Virus record (IMG/VR): IMGVR_UViG_3300044625_001067
Coordinates: 124,001-188,000 of that record
Reading direction: 5' to 3' (one strand)
Length of the DNA stretch: 64,000 bases
Shown: positions 21,739 to 31,032 of the stretch, one piece after another
Position numbering within the stretch: position 1 is the first letter of the stretch
Layout of the letters: the number at the start of each line of letters is the position of its first letter
Made by a program: the position numbers and the translations under genes
Notes under the pieces: generated by a model
What the model was told of the DNA's origin: nothing
Databases searched by the model: none
Seen by the model: the letters and a program-made list of their open reading frames with translations, nothing else

Positions 21739-23226
21739 ATGACATTTGTGACAGAAAACTTAACGAAGAGTTCTAAAGCTGCTTCGAACGGAAATGGAAA
21801 ATGCAACGATAACTGTTCTGTGAGTGAAGCCGTTGTCTGTGATTTACGCTCTCGCCCGGAACCTCGTCGAATTGACCTCGACAAACTATACGAGTGCGAC
21901 CCGAAAGACTATATTGGCTATTTTGCCGACGAAACCTCTTACGACAACCTTATTCAAGAAGACTGCGACGTTTATGTGGGCGGAGTGAAAGTTGTTGCCT
22001 TTCGTAAGGCACTTTTTCCGAAGCTGCGCGATGGTTCGAAAGGTAGCCCGGAAACTTGGAAATACTTCCGCTGGGCAGCAAGAGACTTGTACTCAGACCA
22101 ACGAGGCCTAGTTGCTGGTAGAGAACTAACTACCCAACTCGAGATAAGGGTAACCAACGGTATTCTAAACTTCTTCAAGAAGGCGATGGCCGGTCAAGTC
22201 ACTGACGTGGAAGAGGCACTGAAAATTGCTTCTCTCTCCCCCGACATGTCAAAGCTCACTGTCCGAGTGAATGATGTTAAAAAGGACTTCCCAGAAATTG
22301 AGAAAGCTTTAGAATCTATCGAGAAGGAACTTCGCAAGAAAACGCTGAGCGAAGAAAGAAAGGTAGAGCTGAAGGAAGCGAAGGGTAGAGAACTTGCGAA
22401 GTGGTTCCCGACTTGGCTGTCTGAGACTTGGAGTGCATCTACGGATAAGGTTTCTGAGGCGAAACGTGCCGACGACAGGTATGTGGGAAAACAATACCGT
22501 TCAAACAAGTGCTATTCCAACGTGATTGGTGCTTTTGATAGGGGTGCACGTAACCCTTACGGTCGTTTGACCGCAACAACTGTAAAAGACTATGAGGGGT
22601 TCGTAAGCCACACGGATATTTATCAGACCGCGTGCTCTGCGCTCAAAGAGACCTTGAACACTCCGGAAAACCCTCGGTGGGACCTCCTTCACGAACGGTT
22701 CAGTAACGTGAAAGACCCGCACTATAACCTCTTCGGTACGGTGTTCACTGCCCTTACGTTAAACTGGAACTTCCGCTGTGCGATGCACTATGATGGAAAT
22801 AACTGCGAAGGTGGTATTGCCGTTCTTACTGCAATTACTCAGGGCGAATATGACGGTCACTACCTTGTGTTCCCTGAAATTCGTTGCGCTTTTGACCTTC
22901 GCGACGGAGATTTCATTGCAGGCGACAACCAGGGCTTGATTCACGGCAACACCGCGATGATCCCTAAAACTCCGGACGCTGAACGAGTTTCGTTCGTTTT
23001 CTATTCACGAGAGCGCATGACCGCTCTTGACGATATGGAGTGTGAGGAGTGCCGCCGAGATTTCATGCGATACGCAGCAGACAACCACAAGGAATACGGA
23101 AAGGGTCACAAGACATGGAATGGTGTCTGGAGCGGAATGTGGAAATCACCGGAATGGATGACGTATAAAGCCGAACACGGCATGGAACGTTGCTCAAATA
23201 CTAACTATTGGGGCACCGATAATTGA
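21739..23226 (+). CDS. 2OG-Fe(II) dioxygenase, TET/JBP family (copy 1)
   Basis: FTALTLNWNFRCAMHYD (HxD), IHGNT (distal His), ERVSFVFYSRE (2OG Arg), YLVFPE; matches the JBP/TET pattern. Confidence 0.85.
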   Translation: MTFVTENLTKSSKAASNGNGKCNDNCSVSEAVVCDLRSRPEPRRIDLDKLYECDPKDYIGYFADETSYDNLIQEDCDVYVGGVKVVAFRKALFPKLRDGSKGSPETWKYFRWAARDLYSDQRGLVAGRELTTQLEIRVTNGILNFFKKAMAGQVTDVEEALKIASLSPDMSKLTVRVNDVKKDFPEIEKALESIEKELRKKTLSEERKVELKEAKGRELAKWFPTWLSETWSASTDKVSEAKRADDRYVGKQYRSNKCYSNVIGAFDRGARNPYGRLTATTVKDYEGFVSHTDIYQTACSALKETLNTPENPRWDLLHERFSNVKDPHYNLFGTVFTALTLNWNFRCAMHYDGNNCEGGIAVLTAITQGEYDGHYLVFPEIRCAFDLRDGDFIAGDNQGLIHGNTAMIPKTPDAERVSFVFYSRERMTALDDMECEECRRDFMRYAADNHKEYGKGHKTWNGVWSGMWKSPEWMTYKAEHGMERCSNTNYWGTDN

Positions 23227-23281
23227 GTCCTAAAGACTACCAAAGTGGCATTTAACGAACGAAAACACAGGATTACTAACT

Positions 23282-23617
23282 ATGGACACAAACAAACAGC
23301 TTAACGGTGGCGATGCGGAGCGGCAAGTTGCCTCGGGGAGTATTGAACCCAGTGAAGCAACAACCGCCATTACAGTGGAACTCCCGGTAAACTTCGCTGA
23401 GGCTTTTCGAGCACTTGCTGAACGAGAGGAGTTGTCGGAGAGTAACCTTATTGTACGATCGCTCGGGCTCTACTCCGTTGCATCTCAAGCCGAGAGTGAA
23501 GGGTACGGACTGACGTTTACTCGTATTGAGGGAACCAACGACCTGACCGCCAAGGAAGCAATTCGCGTCGAAGATGAGCCCGCGTCTAACTTGATCCTTC
23601 CTGGAAATAGGCAATGA
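23282..23617 (+). CDS. ribbon-helix-helix-like protein
   Basis: ITVELPVNFAEAFRALAERE..SESNLIVRSLGLY; similar to the C-terminus of 1535..2704. Confidence 0.6.
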   Translation: MDTNKQLNGGDAERQVASGSIEPSEATTAITVELPVNFAEAFRALAEREELSESNLIVRSLGLYSVASQAESEGYGLTFTRIEGTNDLTAKEAIRVEDEPASNLILPGNRQ

Positions 23618-25101
23618 TCCGAGAGGTAATATCAAAAGAGTTACAGTCAAGGGTCGAACCCTTACAGATTGATAGGGGTGCTCTTGAAAACTGCCCTCGC
23701 AGTGAATATATTGGACAATTCCCTAAGGCGACAGACTATGACCGCGTAATCGATGAAGACTGTGATGTTTACGTCTCAGGTGTAAAAGTCTTGTCCTTCA
23801 GGAAAGCTCTTTTCCCACTTCTTTCCGAGGGTTCTTCCAAACAGAAGGAGACTTGGGACTTTTTCCGAGCAGCTTCAAAAGAAGTTTACGGCACCCAAAG
23901 AGGTGTCGTTGCGGGCACAGAGTTTACAACTCGCCCCGAATCACGCTTAACCAAAGGACAGGTTGCCTTTTTCGCTAGTGCTTCAGTGGGCTTGATCACA
24001 ACGCTCGCTCAAGCGCGAGAAACCCTAGAAAGTTCGGATGAGCTCACCAGCAAGACTCTGAAAATCAAATACGTGAAGAAAGACTACCCCGAACTTGCGG
24101 AGAAAATGAAACCGTTAGAGGCGGAAATTCGCACACTGAACTCCGGAGACCCGAAACCAGAAAGTCTGAGAAACCAGAGAAGAGAACAGCTTTGGGGTTG
24201 GTTCGAACCTTGGTTACTAGAAGTTTGGCTGCCCTCAGAAAACAAAGTAGAAGAAGTTAAAAAAGTTCTAAACACTTACATAAGTTCCCAGTTGAACTTT
24301 AACCACTGCTACAGTAACGTCCTTGGGGCGATTGACCGTGGGGCTAGATTTCCCTACGGTCGTTTAAGCGGAACCACTCAGAGATACTATGAGCAGTTCT
24401 CAAAATACAGAGACATTTATTACACAGCCTGCGAAGGTTTCAGGTACAATTTTCCGGAGACTTGGGTCAAAGTCAAGGAAGTGATTTCGAGGGCTAAAGA
24501 CCCTAACTACAACTTGTTCGGCACTGCCTTTACGAGTGTAACCGTAAATTTCAATTTCAAGACTGCCTACCACGTTGACAAGAACAATTTGAAAGGGGGT
24601 ATGTCCGTCTTAACTGCTTTTACAAAAGGTGTTTATGAAGGTCACTACTTAGTGTTTCCCGAAGTGAGATTGGCCTTCAATTTAAGAGACGGGGACTTCA
24701 TCGTAGGGGATACTCAAACTTTGCTCCATGGTAACAGCCCCATGACAAAACTTACTGAAGATGCTGAGCGGGTTTCTCTGGTTTTCTACTCACGAGAGAA
24801 CATGAACCGATTGGACGATCTTGAGTGCGAAGAATGCCGAAAACAGTTCATGAAGTTTTCACTTCAGTCTCTGAAAGAACGGGGCAAAGATCATAAAGAT
24901 TGGAGAGGTGTTTGGCAAGGTATGTGGACTTCTCAAGAATGGCTAGACTTTAGAAAAGAAAGAAACTTGGAACACTGTTCAAACTCTAATTGGCAGCTTT
25001 CCTCGCCGTACGAGAACGAAGTTACGAAAGAGGTGAAGTTGTTCAAGGATGATCCAGGCGAAGGGTGGAAACTCGTACAAGTGTTTACACAAGATCGGTA
25101 A
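23614..25101 (+). CDS. 2OG-Fe(II) dioxygenase, TET/JBP family (copy 2)
   Basis: [33 protein letters not shown]; collinear with copy 1 along its length. Confidence 0.85.
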   Translation: MIREVISKELQSRVEPLQIDRGALENCPRSEYIGQFPKATDYDRVIDEDCDVYVSGVKVLSFRKALFPLLSEGSSKQKETWDFFRAASKEVYGTQRGVVAGTEFTTRPESRLTKGQVAFFASASVGLITTLAQARETLESSDELTSKTLKIKYVKKDYPELAEKMKPLEAEIRTLNSGDPKPESLRNQRREQLWGWFEPWLLEVWLPSENKVEEVKKVLNTYISSQLNFNHCYSNVLGAIDRGARFPYGRLSGTTQRYYEQFSKYRDIYYTACEGFRYNFPETWVKVKEVISRAKDPNYNLFGTAFTSVTVNFNFKTAYHVDKNNLKGGMSVLTAFTKGVYEGHYLVFPEVRLAFNLRDGDFIVGDTQTLLHGNSPMTKLTEDAERVSLVFYSRENMNRLDDLECEECRKQFMKFSLQSLKERGKDHKDWRGVWQGMWTSQEWLDFRKERNLEHCSNSNWQLSSPYENEVTKEVKLFKDDPGEGWKLVQVFTQDR

Positions 25102-25157
25102 ACCGCCCTGAAGCCTTCGGCTTCCCCCTTGTTTCTGCTTCGCATAAATGCTATGAT
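25094..25157 (+). promoter_or_regulatory. repeated promoter cassette
   Basis: TTGTTT-17-TATGAT; distal dyad ATCGGTAAACCGCC. Confidence 0.75.
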
Positions 25158-25162
25158 TGTTT

Positions 25163-25760
25163 TATGGAAATCTACTTCAGCACAGACGTTGAGACCGACG
25201 GACCGATCCCCGGACCTAACAGCATGCTTTCGCTCGGGTCGGCTGCGTTTTCCCCTGAAGGAAAACTCCTAAGCACCTTCTCGGTGAACCTAGAGACCCT
25301 CCCCGGAGCCGAACCGGACCCCACTACCCAAGCGTGGTGGGAGTCTCACCCGGAGGCCTACAGAGCCTCTCGGGAGCATACCCGGAGTCCGGACCAAGCC
25401 ATGTTGCTCTTCTCGGGTTGGGTTGGCCAGACCGTGAAAGCTAACAGTAACCAAGATTCAGGTGGCCGGAAAGCCTTGCCCGTATTCGTGGGTTTTCCTG
25501 CAGGGTTTGACTTTCTTTTCGTGTATTGGTACCTTATTCGGTTCACTGGACAGTCCCCATTTAGCTTCTCGGCGATTGACGGTAAGACCTATGCTATGGC
25601 CTTGCTCAAAAGAGGATACCGGGAGTCCACAAAACGAAACTACCCAAAGGAGTGGTTTCCCATCGAAAACAAGCATACTCACATCGCTGTAGAGGATGCC
25701 ATTGAACAAGGTCGTATTTTCTGCAATATGCTTCGATCCAATCTTAACATCCTACCTTAG
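25163..25760 (+). CDS. DEDDh-type 3'-5' exonuclease
   Basis: [22 protein letters not shown] motifs; ATG 25163 after promoter. Confidence 0.85.
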
Positions 25761-25939
25761 TGACTAACAAAGTTAAAGATTACTGCGAAAAACTTAGCTT
25801 GTCCCTGAAGTTAAGGGGAGAGGGAAACGAGGACGCGGAGGAGGCCTTGCTCGACGAGCTTGACCTTCTGTGGCTGAAGTTGTCAAGAGAAGAGGCCCAG
25901 TGGGTTAATGCCAATATACTGTCGTTGTTACCTAACTAA
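25760..25939 (+). CDS. small hypothetical protein (59 aa)
   Basis: Manual translation; GTG overlaps the upstream stop. Confidence 0.55.
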   Translation: MTNKVKDYCEKLSLSLKLRGEGNEDAEEALLDELDLLWLKLSREEAQWVNANILSLLPN

Positions 25940-25948
25940 TTACCCACC

Positions 25949-26713
25949 GTGACGAAAAATCCTACTTTCCTACTCCAGTCCGGAGGACCACTACAAATCG
26001 AAAAGGTTGCGTGTAGTTTCTCCTGTTACCCTGTCCAATATTGCTCGTTTTATGATCTGTCGAAGTTAGACCCTAAAGGTTTCATGGCTACATTGATTCC
26101 TGTGGGATCGGTGGAATTTGTTCAAGCTTACAGTGAACACGCAGGTGTTGTGCTACCTGAAGACTTTTCTTACGGACACGGTGGGGAACTGGAAAAGTAC
26201 CTTATGAGGTCCGTTCGACAAGGAGTGTACGGTGAAGCAACCTTGGAAGACTTTGTGAAGCCAACCGCAATAAAGTTGTTTACCGGGGACATCAAGAGAG
26301 AGCTCGAACTGAAGATACCTGGACTAATTTCTGATAACACTTCAGTGTGGATCTCTCAGGCTGTGCTTTTTGAGTCGGAATTTAGGTTCTACATTCACGA
26401 CTTCATTGGGGGCGGTAAAATTCAGGGGTGGTCGCGGTATGACGACAAGCCCGTAAGAAACCCAGAACCCGACTTCGGCCTGATTGAAGAGATTATGGGT
26501 GTGCTAGAGGCAAATATTGCGCCCGGTGCTTACACGATTGACATCGGCTGGAGGCCTGACCTGAATCGGTACTGCCTAGTTGAACTTAACGATGCGTGGT
26601 CACTGGGATTTTACGAAAATAGTGACCCGCAATCAAACCCTCCAACTCGACAGCAGTACGCTGACATGCTGGTGTCTCGCTGGAGACAAATTACCTTTTG
26701 CAACCTAGTGTAA
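25949..26713 (+). CDS. ATP-grasp domain protein (DUF4343/R2K-like)
   Basis: FVKPTAIKLFTG, ESEFRFYI, YTIDIG, LVELNDAWSLGFY. Confidence 0.75.
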   Translation: MTKNPTFLLQSGGPLQIEKVACSFSCYPVQYCSFYDLSKLDPKGFMATLIPVGSVEFVQAYSEHAGVVLPEDFSYGHGGELEKYLMRSVRQGVYGEATLEDFVKPTAIKLFTGDIKRELELKIPGLISDNTSVWISQAVLFESEFRFYIHDFIGGGKIQGWSRYDDKPVRNPEPDFGLIEEIMGVLEANIAPGAYTIDIGWRPDLNRYCLVELNDAWSLGFYENSDPQSNPPTRQQYADMLVSRWRQITFCNLV

Positions 26714-26801
26714 CCACTGGATAACACAGTCGGAGATAAGAGGACGCGGCAAACGTCTACTCTTGACGCTCCGACAACAGTCACATCAACTGCACTCAAA
26801 T

Positions 26802-27629
26802 ATGGACTATCAGATTGCCATCCCAACTTACGGAAGGCCCGATGGAGTGAAGAAACTCACTCTAAATTACCTTGAAAAAACAGACATTAATTGTTCCCAC
26901 GTGACTTTGTTCGTGGCAAACGATGAAGAGAAGGAAATTTACCAGAGTTCAAACCCTACATACAATATCGTTGTTGGTGAAAAGGGTTTGACAAAACAAC
27001 GTCACTTCATCTCTAACTTTTACGACAAAGGGACTCCTGTTTTTTCGTTCGACGACGACGTTAGCGCCGTTGAGGAACTTGAGCTCTTAAAAGACCTTGA
27101 GGGGACTCAGAAGCCACTTGACCACCCGTGTCGCCTGAAAACCGTGGTGGAACTCTCGGATCTTATCGATCGCGGCTTCCGAATGTCCAAGCGGCGCAAT
27201 ATTGGCCTGTTCGGTTTCTATGCCGTTCGCAACAAGGGTTTTCTTCACCCAAAGGTGACTGTGGGACTCAAGTTCATTATGGGCCACGCATTCGGTTTCT
27301 ACGCAGGCGACCCAGCCTTTGATCTAATCGCTGAGTACAGTATGAAGGACGATTACTTCTTGTCTCTGTACCACACTGTTAATGGAAACGGAACACTGCG
27401 ATTCGACAACATCTGTGTGAAAGCTAAACAGCACACAGGCGGTGGCGGAACCTGCGAAGACCTGGAGCGAAAGCTTCAGATTAATAACCAAACCGTAGAG
27501 AAACTTTGTGCTGAGTTTCCGGACCTCGCGAGTCCAAAGAGCCGTCGAACAAAGGATGAGTGGCTTTCCCGGTACTCTGAAATCCGCCTCAAAACAATCA
27601 CAAACGAGACAATCTCAGTGCTTAACTGA
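26802..27629 (+). CDS. TET-associated (GREB1-like) GT-A glycosyltransferase
   Basis: IAIPTYGR, GLTKQR, FSFDDD (DxD), KDDYFLSL, GGGG motifs; ATG 26802. Confidence 0.82.
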   Translation: MDYQIAIPTYGRPDGVKKLTLNYLEKTDINCSHVTLFVANDEEKEIYQSSNPTYNIVVGEKGLTKQRHFISNFYDKGTPVFSFDDDVSAVEELELLKDLEGTQKPLDHPCRLKTVVELSDLIDRGFRMSKRRNIGLFGFYAVRNKGFLHPKVTVGLKFIMGHAFGFYAGDPAFDLIAEYSMKDDYFLSLYHTVNGNGTLRFDNICVKAKQHTGGGGTCEDLERKLQINNQTVEKLCAEFPDLASPKSRRTKDEWLSRYSEIRLKTITNETISVLN

Positions 27630-27636
27630 GCACCAA

Positions 27637-27679
27637 GGCGGTTTTCCGCCCTTTACTGTAAGCTCCTCTCCCCTATGTT
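27637..27679 (+). promoter_or_regulatory. repeated promoter cassette
   Basis: Dyad GGCGGTTTTCCGCC, TTTACT-16-TATGTT. Confidence 0.65.
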
Positions 27680-27700
27680 TAGAACAGCTTCCGGCTACCA

Positions 27701-28057
27701 ATGATTCCCGACCCAAAGAAAACCATAGTTTTCGATGTTGACGACACCATCCTCACAACAGAAAACCGCGATTACGAAAACTCTCTACCGAAGATGGAAG
27801 TAATTGTGGGTATGCGAGCAATGAAGGACGCAGGGTGGACGATCATCTTGAATACAGCGAGGGGAATGGGTCGTTCAGACGGTGACATCGAAAGTGTTAG
27901 ACAAGAAGTTATCGAGGAAATCGAAAAGTTCTGCACTAAATTCGATGTACCCTACGATACCATCTTGGTTGGAAAACCTTGGGCGGCATACTACGTAGAC
28001 GACAAAGCAATGACTCCCGCTCAGTTCTCCGCAAAATATAAGGAAATCGCACAATGA
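27701..28057 (+). CDS. HAD phosphatase (capsule-biosynthesis phosphatase-like)
   Basis: VFDVDDTI, TARGM, GKP, YYVDDKA. Confidence 0.85.
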   Translation: MIPDPKKTIVFDVDDTILTTENRDYENSLPKMEVIVGMRAMKDAGWTIILNTARGMGRSDGDIESVRQEVIEEIEKFCTKFDVPYDTILVGKPWAAYYVDDKAMTPAQFSAKYKEIAQ

Positions 28058-28767
28058 AGAACGCACTCATTCTTGCTGCCGGTCGTAGTACTCGGTTTGG
28101 CCGAAACAAACTTGAGGAAAAGTTTGACGGGGTGTCACTTCCTTACCTGGCTGCCAAGTTCGCTCTTGAAAACGGTGCGGAAAACATCTATCTGACGCTC
28201 TCGCGCTCGGCGATTAAGACCGACGGGACTCGCATTTACCACCCTGTTCTAGATGAAGTTTCCAAGATTTGCGACCCGATTGTTCGTTTCCAGAGTGAGG
28301 AAACTTACGGACCAGGCGCTGCGATCACTACGTGGGCAGGCGTGATCAACGGCCCACTCACTGTGCTGTTTGGGGATAATTACTACCACGGAACGATCCC
28401 CCCTGCCGAACGAGTTTTACTTGGCTCTGACCTTGAGAACTCAGTGTGGTTTTCATACCTTCATAAGTCACTAAATCCACGAAATCTTCAACTCGCCACA
28501 GTAATCGACAACTATGTGATTGAAAAACCACACGGACAACTCGAAGGCCGTTACTTCTGTGGTTTTGTCCGTTTCCCTGCGGGATACCTTGACACCATTG
28601 GTGACCTTCGCAAGAGCGACCGTGGCGAGGTTGAAATTACGGATATGATAAACATGGCGGAGCATCGTCAAGCAGTATCACTTTCTTCCATGGGTGTGAT
28701 ATGGGGAGACTTAACTTACGAGGCGGATTGCGCTCGCATTCGGGAGCTTGTTAGTGAAGGGAAGTAG
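28054..28767 (+). CDS. sugar-1-phosphate nucleotidyltransferase (RmlA-like)
   Basis: ILAAGRSTRF, GDN, IEKP, SDRGEVEITD. Confidence 0.87.
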   Translation: MKNALILAAGRSTRFGRNKLEEKFDGVSLPYLAAKFALENGAENIYLTLSRSAIKTDGTRIYHPVLDEVSKICDPIVRFQSEETYGPGAAITTWAGVINGPLTVLFGDNYYHGTIPPAERVLLGSDLENSVWFSYLHKSLNPRNLQLATVIDNYVIEKPHGQLEGRYFCGFVRFPAGYLDTIGDLRKSDRGEVEITDMINMAEHRQAVSLSSMGVIWGDLTYEADCARIRELVSEGK

Positions 28768-29500
28768 TGGGGCCACCCTGGATTTCTCTGGGGATTTCAT
28801 ACGGAAAAAGTGTAAGGATGCCGGTGAGCAGTGCGAGTGGTTTCGCATTGCTTCTCGGTATACCTTGGCACCAAGTGTTCGCCTCCCGCAAACAATCTGT
28901 GTGTCGGACTCAGACTACGACATTGAGTTTATTGAAGGTGTTTGTGGAACACAAATTGAATCTACACGTTTGATTGACACTTTGGTAGACCAGGTCTTCC
29001 TTTGGTCTAAGCTCCCTGCGTCAAGACACACGGACTGGGGGTCTTACAAAGAGCGTCTTCACTTAGAGCACGTTTCTCTGACAGACAGCGAGATAGTTCG
29101 TCGAACTTTCGATTTCCTCGACGAAATAGTTCCACTACCTTCCTCCTTCTCGCATGGTGACCTAACGCTTGAAAACATCATTGTAGAAAATAACGGGGGA
29201 ATAGTTCTGATCGACCCTAATTTCAAGACTAATTTGTTTCAGTCTTACGTTCTCGACTTAGGTAAATTGCTACAGTCTGTCCACAGCGATTATCACCGGT
29301 TGTTCAAATCACACCCAGGATGTGACCCTGCGCCTCTGTGCGCCCACTTGAGACAACGGCTAGGCAAACCCTTATGGACTCAGGCGCTGGCCGCTGAGAT
29401 ATCGCACGTGATCCGCCTGCGCAAGTACCGCCCTTCCGCCCAGTGGCCGACGGTCGACCGGCTGTTGGGGCAGCTGCTGGCTGAAGCCCATGGATGTTAA
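28748..29500 (+). CDS. APH/choline-kinase-fold phosphotransferase (putative sugar kinase)
   Basis: SHGDLTLENII and LIDP motifs; coupled to the nucleotidyltransferase. Confidence 0.82.
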   Translation: MLVKGSSGATLDFSGDFIRKKCKDAGEQCEWFRIASRYTLAPSVRLPQTICVSDSDYDIEFIEGVCGTQIESTRLIDTLVDQVFLWSKLPASRHTDWGSYKERLHLEHVSLTDSEIVRRTFDFLDEIVPLPSSFSHGDLTLENIIVENNGGIVLIDPNFKTNLFQSYVLDLGKLLQSVHSDYHRLFKSHPGCDPAPLCAHLRQRLGKPLWTQALAAEISHVIRLRKYRPSAQWPTVDRLLGQLLAEAHGC

Positions 29501-29602
29501 CCTTACCCTCGCGGTGCGGTCCACCCACTTTCGACAACTTAATAGCATTATTATTACGACCCCAAGCTTGAATACCGTACTCCGCAACGACGAAACTAAG
29601 CA

Positions 29603-30121
29603 ATGTCAAACTCCCAAGACCTAATTGAGAAGCTTAAAGACCAGATAGCGTTCCTAACCGCTGAGCTCGAACGGGCCCAACGAAAGTCAAATTCCCTTTG
29701 GAGCCAAATTCAAGGTGCATTTCTCCAGGAAGGCAACGACGAAGAGAACGCAGACTTTTGGGCCGACAAAATTTCGCAGATTTTATCTGAGTGGGTTCAC
29801 ACTCAGCGAACGAGCCTGTCCCAGAAGATAGTAGAAACAGGAACAATGCCCCCCTATACCGACTGTCTCAACCACCTTGTGGTCAGTCTTTCGCCCCCTG
29901 GGTCAGCTCCCCCGAGCCTTCCCCCTGAGTTCACAGAGCTTACCAACACTCCCTCACCTGGACCAACTTTCAGTCCAACAGGCTTGGAAGCACCGGCTTA
30001 CGGGGGCCTGTCCGCAGACGCGCAAGTGGGACCGCCGAAAGAGCGCAAGATCGGGGTGCCCAAGGCTATTCCCGGTGCGGTACCATTGCCGTTGCCTCCA
30101 CTTTCAGAGGGTTCCCCTTAA
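29603..30121 (+). CDS. hypothetical protein with Pro-rich C-terminus
   Basis: 172 aa ORF. Confidence 0.7.
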   Translation: MSNSQDLIEKLKDQIAFLTAELERAQRKSNSLWSQIQGAFLQEGNDEENADFWADKISQILSEWVHTQRTSLSQKIVETGTMPPYTDCLNHLVVSLSPPGSAPPSLPPEFTELTNTPSPGPTFSPTGLEAPAYGGLSADAQVGPPKERKIGVPKAIPGAVPLPLPPLSEGSP

Positions 30122-30137
30122 GCGGATCTTTTGCTAA

Positions 30138-30205
30138 GGCGGTTTCCCGGTTGCTCTGGGGGCGGTTTACCCTCCTTTGTTTCTGCAGCGCAGAAACGGT
30201 ATACT
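30138..30205 (+). promoter_or_regulatory. repeated promoter cassette
   Basis: Two dyads, TTGTTT-17-TATACT, spacer dyad TTTCTGC-AGC-GCAGAAA. Confidence 0.88.
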
Positions 30206-30229
30206 AAGTACGTTGAAAGCAAATTTCCA

Positions 30230-30514
30230 ATGGAAACTCATCAAGTCACGATCACTTTGTCCCTTAAGCTAGAGGGAGACCCGAGCACTCAAGACATTGC
30301 TAACGCCGCTGCTGCCAGCATGCGAGAACTGCCCCCTTTCCTTGAGGAAGGGTGGCTAAATAGCGTCCAACCCCCATTAAAGAAATTAACTCTTACTCCT
30401 AACCCCAACGCAAAGTGGTTCTTCAGTGTCACAAAGCTTCCACTCACCCCTGTGACTTCCTCTCGTGATTCTACACACGACTGCTACAAGGGTCGCTCAC
30501 CGATGGGTTTTTAA
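30230..30514 (+). CDS. hypothetical protein
   Basis: ATG 30230 (METHQVTITL) after promoter. Confidence 0.6.
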   Translation: METHQVTITLSLKLEGDPSTQDIANAAAASMRELPPFLEEGWLNSVQPPLKKLTLTPNPNAKWFFSVTKLPLTPVTSSRDSTHDCYKGRSPMGF

Positions 30515-30614
30515 AGTTCAGTCCAAGGGCGATAGATAATCGTACGAACGTTAGTTTATTCCCCGCATTCACCAATGGTTTCCGGGGATTCTCTCTAAGC
30601 GAGTCATTTGCTTA

Positions 30615-30679
30615 GGCGGTTTCCCGTTCACCCTGGGGCGGTTTCCCGGCTTGTCTCTGCGGAGCAGAAACGGTATACT
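30615..30679 (+). promoter_or_regulatory. repeated promoter cassette
   Basis: Two dyads 22 bp apart, TTGTCT-17-TATACT. Confidence 0.88.
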
Positions 30680-30712
30680 TAGTGTAACTCCCGAGTCAAG
30701 TACCCAACAACA

Positions 30713-31003
30713 ATGCTAAACCTTAAAGTTTCAAACCGAATCACAGCTGCTGAAGCTTCACAGAGGTTTGTAACTCCCCCGGACCCACAAGCTAACCCTG
30801 AAACCGTGAGGAGATTTTTGGAGCACTGCTACAAAGCCATACGTGAGGATATTAGTAGGGGTTACGGTGTCAAGTATACGAACGTTTACCTTGGAGACTG
30901 CGATTACTCCACTAAAGGGGAAGTTGCTAGAGTTCTAGAAGAAGAAGAAGACGGGTACAAGGTTAGACTAGTTGGGACCCTTCACATTTTAATTTCCTGG
31001 TAA
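30713..31003 (+). CDS. hypothetical protein
   Basis: 96 aa ORF after promoter. Confidence 0.7.
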   Translation: MLNLKVSNRITAAEASQRFVTPPDPQANPETVRRFLEHCYKAIREDISRGYGVKYTNVYLGDCDYSTKGEVARVLEEEEDGYKVRLVGTLHILISW

Positions 31004-31032
31004 TTTAATCACAACTACTTAACCTTGAAACC

